Of a stretch of DNA of 64,000 nt, positions 24,475-36,400 are shown one piece after another. A model generated the notes under the pieces. It did no database searches, was not told the DNA's origin, and saw only the letters and a list, made by a program, of their open reading frames with translations. Both the position numbers and the translations under genes were made by a program. The DNA is taken from positions 84,072,001 through 84,136,000 of the forward strand of contig NW_027266264.1 of the NCBI RefSeq assembly GCF_022045235.1. The letters are read 5' to 3'. Every line of letters starts with the position of its first letter. Position 1 is the stretch's first letter. Origin of the DNA: Haliotis cracherodii. Its lineage: Eukaryota.

Positions 24475-24829
24475 ATCCTCTTCTAATTTCTGGTATCATC
24501 GTGTGTGAAACACCGATGTGCCAGACCATCCTCAGTAAGTCACATGTCAAAGGTTTTGTCATCTAAGTTTCATAATGCACGAGTATCGATGTCCACAGGT
24601 TGATTTCATTTACTACTAATCGAATTAAGTGATCTCGCAGTTATTACCCGATACCCACGAGTCGGACATTGGTAAATATAACATAAGCAATAGAGGAGCC
24701 ACGTGTAGTTGGATTCGGTTGAAAACACATATAACCGATGTATTTCGGTGTGCGGAGCTTCAACATTGCCGCTGTACAGTAGAGGCGCATATAAGAGGTG
24801 CGGTGTGCGGAGCTTCATCATTACTGCTT

Positions 24830-25103
24830 TTTATTTGTTTGTTTTGTTTGTTGTTTAACACCGCACTCAGCAATATTCCAGCTATAAGACGGCAATCTTT
24901 AAATAATCGAGTCTGGACCAGACAATCCAGTGACTGACGTCATGAGCATCGATCCACGCGATTGGGATACGATGAGATGCGTCACCCGAGTCAGCGGGCT
25001 TGACCATCCGATCCCGTTAGTCGACTCTTACGACAAGCATAGTCGCCTTTTACAGCACGCATGGGTTGCTGAAGACCTGCCCCACCCCGGATCTTCACGG
25101 GTC
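24830..25103 (-). mobile_element. SINE family B
   Basis: Full-length match to the copy at 56950. Confidence 0.82.
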
Positions 25104-25564
25104 ACATTGCTGCTGTACGGTGCAGACATATCACGCAGGAACACGCCTCTGGTTGTTGCGGCTGTGTATTGTAACACGAGGAACACATGCTCATTTCACA
25201 ACTACTAAGTCCTGTAATGTACTCTGCATGGTGTCAGGTTGCAGTGTGTTCTACTTTGCATAAAGAAATATCTATTGTGTTGAACGTAAATTAAGAACTA
25301 GAATTAATCATTTTTCACATCAAGTGTGTCCATTTCATTTCACTATACAAAATTGTATTGTCCGGGTAAACTAGAATTCTCATGAATGATAGATATTCCA
25401 GGCTGATTAACAGAACGTCTTCACTATTTGACCATGACCTTTGACTTTGATGACACATGCAGGTCAGGCGCTGTTGAGCTATAGACATGTCATCGCCATG
25501 GGAGCTGTATCAGAGAATACGAACTGTAACTGACACGTGTGAGGCAAGGAGTAGTCTAGTGGAT

Positions 25565-27054
25565 CATATCCTATCAATACCCATGCATGGGAGCACCACA
25601 AGACACCACACACAAGAACTGGTGCTATCCCATCAATTCCCATGCTTGGGAACACCACAAGACACCACACACATGAAGTGGTGCTATCCTAGCAATCCCC
25701 ATGCATGGGAACACCACAAGACACCACACACATGAAGTGGTGCTATCCTATCAATAACCATGCTTGGGAACACCACAAGACACCACACACATGAACTGGT
25801 GCTATCCCATCAATACCCATGCTTGGGAACACCACAAGACACCACACACATGAACTGGTGCTATCCTATCAATTCCCATGCATGGGAACACCACAAGACA
25901 CCACACACGTGAAGTGGTGCTATCCTATCAATTCCCATGCTTGGGAACACCACAAGACACCACACACATGAAGTGGTGCTATCCCATCAATCCCCATGCA
26001 TGGGAACACCACAAGACACCACACACATAAACTGGTGCTATCCCATCAATCCCCATGCTTGGGAACACCACAAGACACCCTACACATGAAGTGGTGCTAT
26101 CCCATCAATCCCCATGCTTGGGAACACCACAAGAAACCACACACATGAAGTGGTGCTATCCCATCAATCCCCATGCATGGGAACACCACAAGACACCACA
26201 CACATGAAGTGGTGCTATCCTATCAATACCCATGCTTGGGTACACCACAAGACACCACACACATGAACTGGTGCTATCCTATCAATTCCCATGCTTGGGA
26301 ACACCACAAGACACCACACACATAAAGTGGTGCTATCCTATCAATTCCCATGCATGGGAACACCACAAGACACCACACACATGAAGTGGTGCTATCCTAT
26401 CAATCCCCATGCATGGGAACACCACAAGACACCACACACATAAACTGGTGCTATCCCATCAATCCCCATGCTTGGGAACACCACAAGACACCCTACACAT
26501 GAAGTGGTGCTATCCCATCAATCCCCATGCTTGGGAACACCACAAGACACCACACACATGAAGTGGTGCTATCCCATCAATCCCCATGCATGGGAACACC
26601 ACAAGACACCACACACATGAAGTGGTGCTATCCTATCAATATCCATGCTTGGGTACACCACAAGACACCACACACATGAAGTGGTGCTATTCTATCAATT
26701 CCCATGCTTGGGAACACCACAAGACACCACACACATGAACTGGTGCTATCCTATCAATTCCCATGCTTGGGAACACCACAAGACACCACACACATGAAGT
26801 GGTGCTATCCTATCAATCCCCATGCATGGGTACACCACAAGACACCACACACATAAACTGGTGCTATCCTATCAATTCCCATGCATGGGAACACCACAAG
26901 ACACCCTACACATGAAGTGGTGTTATCCCATCAATCCCCATGCTTGGGAACACCACAAGACACCACACACATGAAGTGGTGCTATCCTAGCAATCCCCAT
27001 GCATGGGAACACCACAAGACACCACACACATAAACTGGTGCTATCCTATCAATT
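25565..27054. repeat. 59-bp minisatellite, about 25 copies
   Basis: CATGGGAACACCACAAGACACCACACACATGAAGTGGTGCTATCCTATCAATCCCCATG. Confidence 0.95.
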
Positions 27055-28249
27055 TACATTTGTCCAGCATCTAAAATATACCCAGGACACAGTTAAATGT
27101 GTTCAATAATACTTTATAATTCCGCACGTCCCGATGCGCTTTAAATTGCATCTGAAATATATATAATATATGGGGAAATATATGTTACCCATTACCAACG
27201 AGTTGACAATTGTTTTATGTATGCCCGTTTGCATCAGGATACTAAACGTTTGGATATTTTAAGATGAATAGGTTCTCTATCGAGTTCACCAAAATCATGA
27301 ATTTCGGTGTGCCATTTCATAACCCAGTAGAATCTGCAGGTGTGTGTACACATTCTATAACGTCACCTCGTGTAACCCCATATTTCAAACTTGTAAAGCA
27401 ATATTGGTAAAACTAATCTATCAAATTCTGAGAGCAGAAGATCAACCGGTAATATTACGTTCCAAGCACGAGTAGTGAAACAAGCTTTCTTACGAAGTTC
27501 AGCAATGAGTTTTACAGCAATGTTTAGACGTCTATTTCTGTGTCGTAATGTTTCTTAGTATCTATATGCATCTTCGACCTCTATTTTCTTATTAATGAAA
27601 TATAAAATTCTTATAACTAGCTTCAGGCTCAGTACCAACTACAATATCCTTAGTACAATATCATTATCAATATTTACCTTCAATTTCAATGTTTCAATTG
27701 GCAAAATGGTCAATCATATGTAGATATTTTATATAAAATGTTAGTTTGTCACTGGTAGAGTCAAGTTGTATGCCACCACCGAGGATTTTGTCTAAAACAG
27801 ATTTCAGGTCATTCAGAAATATTGAAAACAGTAGTACATTTTTGTTACCATACATTTGAAATAACCATATATTTCAAAATCCTAACTTACACAGATTTAT
27901 TTTTAACTTTGTAAGCACATTTACCCGACCTTGCTCATCATACAAACACGTCAACTCATAACATTTTCGGTAAACGATACTGCGACATTGTCAAAGTATT
28001 TAACCAATACTTTACACATCTTGTCTAGTCAAGACTCGATGAATTACAGACTATCGCCATATTGCTGCGTGAGGCGTTAAACAACAAACATGACGTGGCA
28101 TCTTACCACCAGCTTGTAGGTTGCTGGGGACATAGTCTCAACCGGAATTATCAGGTTAGACATGGTTTATAGGAAACAAAGTCAATAAGGGTATATACTT
28201 CGAAGAGAGCGTTATGGTGTATGGTTGACTAACACATACCACAGAGGTT

Positions 28250-28836
28250 TGAGCGAGTTAGTGGGTTTATTTGGGTTTACAGCCGCTTCGAATAGTATCC
28301 CAGTTGTGTCATGGCGTGTCAGCTTATTGTGGGAGGAAAACCCGAAGTGATGCAGGTCTGAAAGGTGACGTGAAATTGGGTTTAACGTCGCGTCCAAGAT
28401 TATTGCACTTATGTAGCGACGTGCATGCACGTGTGTGTGTGCCTGCTTGTACTAGTCCGGACTGATGCCGATTTATAGTGCTAGCTCACTGAGATACCAT
28501 GCCGCAGTTTAACATGAATACCCCACGCAGACACAGTATACTGACTCCGAGCCGACCAGTCCTTGTTTTAGCCCCCCAATGGCGAGCGCCAGACAGAGTA
28601 ACAACAAGTACCATCTTATAACGTCTTTTGGTATGACGCGGCCGGGGATCGAACCCCGGACCTTCCGCTCTCCGGGTTGACGCTCTACCACTAGACCACG
28701 GAGTTATACTACTTTCATGAAGCCCGGGCGAAACCAGGAATAGAACCCACGACTACAGGTTTCTGTGTGCCCAAGGGACGCAACTCTGCACATCGAATTG
28801 CGGCGCCTAAGACGACTGGCCGGCATCCCGTATCCC
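28250..28836 (-). mobile_element. Nested SINEs: family C (28363-28703) inserted inside family D
   Basis: Family D 3' part at 28250-28362 and 5' part at 28704-28836 flank a near-complete C copy. Confidence 0.78.
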
Positions 28837-30219
28837 AACATAACAGAGGTTATGATCAATATACGCGGTGGTACAACATGTTAATCTTCAAACACCCCTT
28901 GCCCAGCCATGTTTCATGCAGTCACCCACCCACCAACCATATACTCCATCACCCCCATCCGTCCACCCCCACCCCCTCTACAGTTCCCCAACTTACGGTT
29001 TTTGTCCACTGTGTCAACTCGACTCATCTGCTACCCACCACATATCACAACCTCGCCTAGCGTACCAAAACACTAAAAGCAACGAATTCTGCAAATTTTA
29101 TGAGCGCTTTAAATGACCATAGTTTGCGTGATAACCTTTGTCATTATGAAAGTGCATGTGTTGCTTGAATTTTTATGTTCTATGGCCTGGTATCTTTCCC
29201 AGGACAGGTAAGTTGCAATTATTTCAAGGACGGGTAAATTATAATTATTTCCAGTACATGTAAATTGTAATGAGTTGTCTTGTAAATCACAGCCTTTGTG
29301 TAATTAGGGCCACTACGCTCGAGTCATCACCAGTCAAAGCAGGCCTGAATCAGGTCATACAATCAACATTCTACCTGCCCGCAAACATGGCTTATTATCT
29401 TGATTAATCGACAATGACTTTTACAATTAAATAACACCTTGATTTCATACGAGACAGGGTTATAAAATCAGAACCACGCGGAAATAGACTGGACACTGAG
29501 CACCAAAACTTCCATATAACTGCTAGATTGACAAAAAGTGTGTTTTTTAAGGATTTGAATGAAACATGCTATTGCTGGCTATTTGCCCCAGCCTAGTTCC
29601 CTCCTTTTGTAAGATACCGCTATACTTGTTAACAGTAATTTTATAAGTTCCGATTTACTTGAAAGGAAGACAGACAAAAGACTTAGCTGCATAATTATTT
29701 TGGACATATGTATTTGTTTATTGATTAAAATGAAAAATCACACAAATTGACTCGAGTTGTTACCAAAACAGTAGGAGTTTAATTTCTCAAATCATTTCAA
29801 AGAGAATTGCAATATATAGATCGGCACTATGACCACTGAATATAACACAGTTGACAATTGTACGGCTAAAAGCACGATTTTGCATTAACATCACAAATTT
29901 AAATACACATTCATCAGAATACGCGATGAGAAAATAATGGTTTTGATTTCAGTCGGCCCTTTCAAGCTGCTGCAAGTGCGTGAGAATTTCGTTTCGTGAA
30001 CACATCATTCCACAATTTGTATACTACTCTAGTCGATTTGCTCCGCACTTACGCCTTTGTTCCCAAATAATTGATTGAATTTAATATTTATTATATTCGG
30101 GGTGCATATGTGACTGGGAAAATAACAATTGATTTTTGTTCAATGTTTTGGGGAGTTTGGATTGAATTTGGAGACAAAATATTGACATTATCTTCGCGGA
30201 TTAAGTCCAGCGGGAAGGA

Positions 30220-30456
30220 ATGAAAATGGCGTCGACTTCTAATGAGCAACCTTGGTACACAGCCCTCCTTGGTTTTGCAGAAAATTTCAGGACTTCTAAC
30301 CCACCAAACATCCGACTTTGCATACACTGTCTTCAGTCGATCTTTACTTTCAAGCCTCCGCCACAAATCGAAGCTCGTACGCACCTCCAACTCGGCAATA
30401 TTTTACTGACCCACACAAAAAACATCGACGCAGCCCGGGCACATTTGGAAAAGGCG
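30220..30456 (+). CDS. MAU2: MAU2 exon 1
   Basis: [25 protein letters not shown]...AARAHLEKA; GTATGT donor. Confidence 0.95.
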
Positions 30457-33400
30457 GTATGTTCAAGTATTTTTGTCACTTTCTTAGAGCGATCAAGGCA
30501 TTTTTTGTAGTGTATTTTGTAGCCACATATGTGTATTTTGATAATATAAGCACTTTACGATAATAATTTCGTTTTACTTTTATTTTCAGTGGAGCGTGTC
30601 GTCATCGGTATCCTTCTGAAATGTGGCATGCCAATGTTAGAGAAGCCAAGCATGGAACAGGTGCACATTGTGTAAACTAACATTATCACGTCAGCTAGGC
30701 CTTTATGTTGGCATACTACAATGACAACGTTTGCAATGACATTATGTAGTTGACATGTACAGTCATGTGTCCCACAGTGTATTCATCATGTGATCGTGTC
30801 AAAAGAGGACAAGACTAGGGTTTCTTATGTTCTGACAGCTGACTGCTTTGTTTTGATCATGTGACCTATATCCATTAAAGTTGTGTTATCTTGATTTCCT
30901 ACTTCTGAATGACATTGATTCTGAGTAATTGTGAAGTTACCTTGTTAAAAAACAGAATATTTCAAAATAAGTAATAATTTTACTTGAGAACTGTTTACAT
31001 GTGATGATTAATATACTGGTCTGCATTTTCCATGATATGGGTTAAATGTTTAGGCCTATTGGTCATACATCATTTACATGTTGAACTTCCTGAATACTTG
31101 TATCAATAAGTAACATGTACAACTAAGAGTTAAGTTAAAAATTGATGACAGTACATTTGTTTTGAATATGAAAGATCATGTGATGAGGAAAATGCATATT
31201 CAGCACTTTTACCAGTAACTGTCTGAAATCTTTTACTCTCATCAAGGTTCTCAAAAATGATTTTGTTTAAAAGTCATTTGAAACCAATTGCTGTAATGCA
31301 ATTTTGCATTAGCCTGATTGAACTCTTGTGTTTTGAAGTTTTCTGGAACAAGGATTAAGTTTATTAATTTAATATATTGTCTTGTCAGTATTAGTTTAGA
31401 GTTTAATTAATTTCAATTCATTGTGACAATGATAAAACCAGAAAAAGTTGGAGAATTATTTTAATTTTTTTCCCTGTTTAATTGAGTAGAACAGTTTAAG
31501 ATTAGTCGATGAGAGTTGCAGTTATTGTTAACTAATTCTGCATTGTTTTCTGTGAATATGCAGAAGTATTCATTTATGCACACAAGTTCCATTTATGAAA
31601 TGGGAACGAGTCAACTTGAACATATAGTTTTAATACAAAGTTAACATGATTAGACCAAATCACTGCCTATAATCATGTGATAATCCAGTTGAAGCTTGGT
31701 CAGCTTGTAAGATTAGATACTTAACTGAACAAACATTATGTCATTGTTGTTTTTGTCAACTAAATGTACAGTCTGATTATTTTATTAAATACCTCAGTGG
31801 GTAGTAGATAAGTTTTGTACATAAATCATGTACAGATTGTAGTTTGTTTGAAAATTATGAATTATATATGCCGCAACTGATAATTCTACCACTGTATTTA
31901 TGTTTTTGCATTTGTCTTCATCGTGGGTTATACATGTAATTTGCACCCCATTACAAAAGGACATCAAAACATAATAAAAAGGAAAAGACTTATAATAATG
32001 AGGTTTACATTGTTGTATTGGATGCAATACCAAATAACTGTGTTAAATAGCCTGTTAAGAAAAAAAGAATGTTTTAAGAAAATTCTCACTTTTAGACAAA
32101 GTAATACTTTCCCCCTATTTTGGCTGCCTCAGATATGCAAATTTGAAAATTAATACCTGAATGAAAGTAGATCCAATAATTAAGTTCAATATCATTCCAT
32201 CACTTATTACCTATCAGGTATGGATGCAAATCAAATGCTAAATGTCCAAAAGAAAACAAACCTGGCTAACCTGCCAACATATAAATGTATAGGGCTAAGT
32301 TCTAGTAGTTACTTGTGTATGGGTGAGAATTATTTGAGGAGGCATGGTAAATGCTACATTGAGAAATTGGAAGAACCAATGTTTTAATACTGATTGAAAG
32401 GGTAGGATAGCATCATGTTACGTGCAACATGTGGACCTGGTATTTTATTTATGAACATTTAGATAATAGAAAACACACACACATTATCATGATTATTAAA
32501 GTATTGAATTTTACAGGTTGGGGTTATAAATGTTATGATTTCATATGATGTCTCCACTTAATATTACTGTGCTGCAGTGCTCAGCTGTGTGACAGCGGTG
32601 TCGGAAAGCTATGAGTTGCAATGCATCTGTAATAACTGTTGCCATCACTATTTATGCAATGGATACTAATTTGAGCATTTGTTATTAGATATTAGTTATT
32701 GTATGATTTAAAGTTCGTCACATAGTGTAAAAAACTAAACTTGCCTCACAGCGATCAACTGATGACACGTGGGCAGAAATCAATACTGTCAGAAGAATTG
32801 ATTTGTCAATCAATCTTCATATTTCAGTACAAAGACAAGCATACATTATGCCGTAGTCAGGGTTTTACCTTGACTTACAAAGGTGGGGGTCCAGAGGACC
32901 CCCAAAAATTAAATTTAAGGGTCCTTGCAAGCTATATGAGGGTCCTTTGAAGTAATGAAATGGTGTAGTGTACTGTGCGTTTATATAATTACTTTAGAGC
33001 CTGAAATGAACTAATGATCATGTGGACAGTGGTCATATATTGAAGGATGAAACGACTGACACCAATAAGTGCTCTTTGCGCTGTAAATAAAATGAGGTGA
33101 GGTGAAATGGGGTTTAATGTTATGTTCAAGATTATTGCACTTCAGTTCTTGTTTTAGCCCCTTAATGCAGAGCGTCAGGCAGGGAAACAAGAAGTACGAT
33201 CTCTTAACATTTTTTGGTATTCTGCAACCAGGGATGTTTCGTATTAGCAGTGGTGAGAACATGAAGAATGTGTGAGAAAATGTTTTTAGTTCAGTGAGTG
33301 AAATGTTTGATTACCCATTGCAATTTTAATGTTGAGGTTTTGGGCACACTTAAGTACTTAATACTTAAATGTTTAAACTATTTGTCTGTTTGTTGTAACC

Positions 33401-36400
33401 TTAACCATCCCAGCTATCTGCAAATGATGATGTCCTGTTTGAGTCAGCCAGTATCCTGTCTCAGCTCTATGAACAGCAGGTAAACCACATACCTTTGTGT
33501 TGTTTTCTCTTAGCTTTGAGTCATATATTAGCATTGTTACAAGAATTTGTTCAAATGACACACAAGATTCAAAATATCAAGGATATGTATTAATAGTACC
33601 CCAATATATGTTCAAGTACAATTACAAAGTGGCATATTTTGTCTTATATTTATGTTGTCTGCTCTGTGATGTATTTCAAATGGCTGAAACTGACTTTGGA
33701 TTTTTAAATATTTTTTTTATATTTGTTTAAGAACCAGGTTCAGCTGGCCAAACCAATCCTACATCGGGCCATTGAGATGTCCCAGCAGGCTCCTTATTGG
33801 CATTGTCGGCTTCTGTTCCAGTTGGCGGTGTGTACAACAGTATTTACCTTGTATGATACCTGGTTAGAATAGGTCCCCACTACCTCGTGCATGTTTTGAT
33901 ACACGACTAATAAGGGATTGGTGGCTGGGTTCTGTGACTTGGCTGGTTGCGTGACATTATGACCCAAGTGTCATGGATGGTGGAATATGTTTTCATCCAC
34001 TGGTTTTCCCCAGTTCAGACTCAAATATTTAAAGGGCACCATGATATAGTTTTACCTTGTCCTGACTCACACCAATTGCTTGTCTCTTATTGCTAGAGGT
34101 AGTGGAAACTTCCTGTCCTGTGAAAGAACAGGAAAACATCTCCCACACACTCCATCTCACATGCAGGTGCACCGGAACCATGTGACCAACATGTCTGACT
34201 CATCACTTATTTTCTCTCATTAATTTTTGGTTCATCGATTATTTTTTGGATTTTGCAATAACTGTTACCCTTTTCCCATAATTCACCCTGTTTTCACAGT
34301 GAAAACATGTATTCAATGTCACCATCGTATCTCAGATTGTGATCTCTGTCCTATCCTTCCTACATGCATTCATCACCATTGTACTGCTGAAGTTTGTTGC
34401 GATTTTTGCTCTTCTCTTGAAGATGAAGAATTTTCAGAATATATATACGTTGTGGAGAGGAAGCTAGGCAATGTTTTATATCCAGGGATTAAGATTTCCT
34501 TGTGTATTTTCTCGTAAATTTAGCCGGACATAGCAATCAGCTGTACACACGTTTTCTTGGAATCTACCGGTGATTTGGTCAAGACACACCCAATGATATG
34601 ACTTTACAGTATTTTAATGCAAGGATCGGCAAAAGTTATATCTGAAACTTTTTTTATCAGGAATAATATATTTCAATACCATGTTAATTTAGATGCAGCT
34701 TTTACTAAACATATTTAAAATAATAACAACCCTAAGCGAAGCAGCTGATCGCTACTGCCGGGTATTATTTTTTACATGGAACCAGTCACCGTCAAAGCTC
34801 CGTGAATATGATCGCGTGATCGCGAAAATTAGGTGTTGACATAGAATCGTCCAACAAAAACAAATATGACTTTAAACGAATCAAAGTATGGCATTTATGA
34901 TATATGTATCCATTCTCTGTCAACTTAAGTTCGTTTCAAGGCGTCAATAGCAGTAATCTGACCGTGGTTGCTGTTAATAACGGAGAGTTGTGCGATCTTC
35001 TGATCGCTTCACACAAGATTTCGCCGAAATTAATTAAAACAATATTAAAAGGAATTTTGAATAAAATTAATGAAATAAGTTACAAACATAAGTCCAGATA
35101 TACAAAGAACACTTTTTATAGCCAGACAGTGTAATTACATGAATAATTTGCGAACTTCAGTATGGATTAGTTGACATGGTATTTCCGGTGTTAATGCTCA
35201 TGGTAATGTCTTACCATGGGGGAAAAAACATCAAAACTCATTAATCCGTTTATAATGCGCACCCCCTTCTACACAGCTGGGTTTTTTTGGGTTTCACTGA
35301 AGTGGTAAGTCTGAGACCTGCATCACTTCTGGCTTTCCTCCCACATTAAGCTGACTCGCCGCGATATAACTGGAATACAGTTAAAAATGGCATTAAACCC
35401 AACTCACTCACTCATTCGAAGACCCTTCAACTGCTTTTGGTCGCACATTATTGGCCAGTGAGAACATGGTTCCTGGAGCTAGTCACAATGGCAGGAAAAC
35501 CAACTCTTTAGCTCCTTATCTGGACAAATCTGCTCCTTCATCCACACTCAAATAAGTTCATCCAAGACTGGATCTTTTAGAGCTTCATATATGGTGCATA
35601 TTACAAAAACATATAAGTAGAGAAAACTTGACTTGTATGACGACAAGTGATAGTGATTTTACCAGTTGGCGAGAACAAAAGTTTTCACAGCAGCAAAAGC
35701 TACTTCACTTCATGTGTTGGATTTCTTGTGGCATCGCAGGAGCACAAGGAACCTCAAAGTTTTGACCTTAGGAAGCCATCAGCTCTGTCTTAACAATGAC
35801 AAACAGGAAGAAAAACTCAACAAAAGTTCCTCAACTGAAAGCCTACAAACTTAAAGATCAAAAGAAAAGGTTTAGAGCCCCAGCTTGGTATCTAAACATA
35901 GTCTTGCAACATCTTAACTACTGATGTTTACGAGACCACCAGAACAAGCTGACTATGAACGTCTGACATAAAAGACCTTTTTAATCTTGGGACTAGCTAC
36001 CGTAGCCAGAATGTCAAAAATACATGCGATCGACTTCAGTTGTACTAGGTTTGACATGCATTGACCCATGTGCCCTCATAGTGAAGAACCAGTTACCTGG
36101 ACAGCCAGATGGACAATTTCATATCCTAGCACTCTTGTCCATTCTAGGATAAGAAGACATTAAAGACTTGTCCCTTGGCAAAGTTCTGGCTTTATGCATA
36201 AATCTTCTAAATGTTCAAAGTGTTTTGTAAGTTGGATTACATATCCTGGATTACCAGGGGTATGAGTCAGGATAAGGTAACATTTTTTTTAGGGTAAAAG
36301 TATCATTTATGCTTATCCTGACTCATGCGCTGAAGCACCCACCCAGCTGTCCCTACTCTCCGATGTAATAGTGGCCGAAATAGGATTTGAAATTGTAGAG

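Noticed and set aside
9640-27054. Regular 31-59 bp arrays resembling CRISPR
   Set aside because: Units are contiguous with no unique spacers, there are no cas genes, and the context is eukaryotic.
24357-30220. Bidirectional promoter shared by the SRCR gene and MAU2
   Set aside because: The starts are about 5.9 kb apart and separated by SINEs and a 1.5-kb minisatellite; no evidence of co-regulation.
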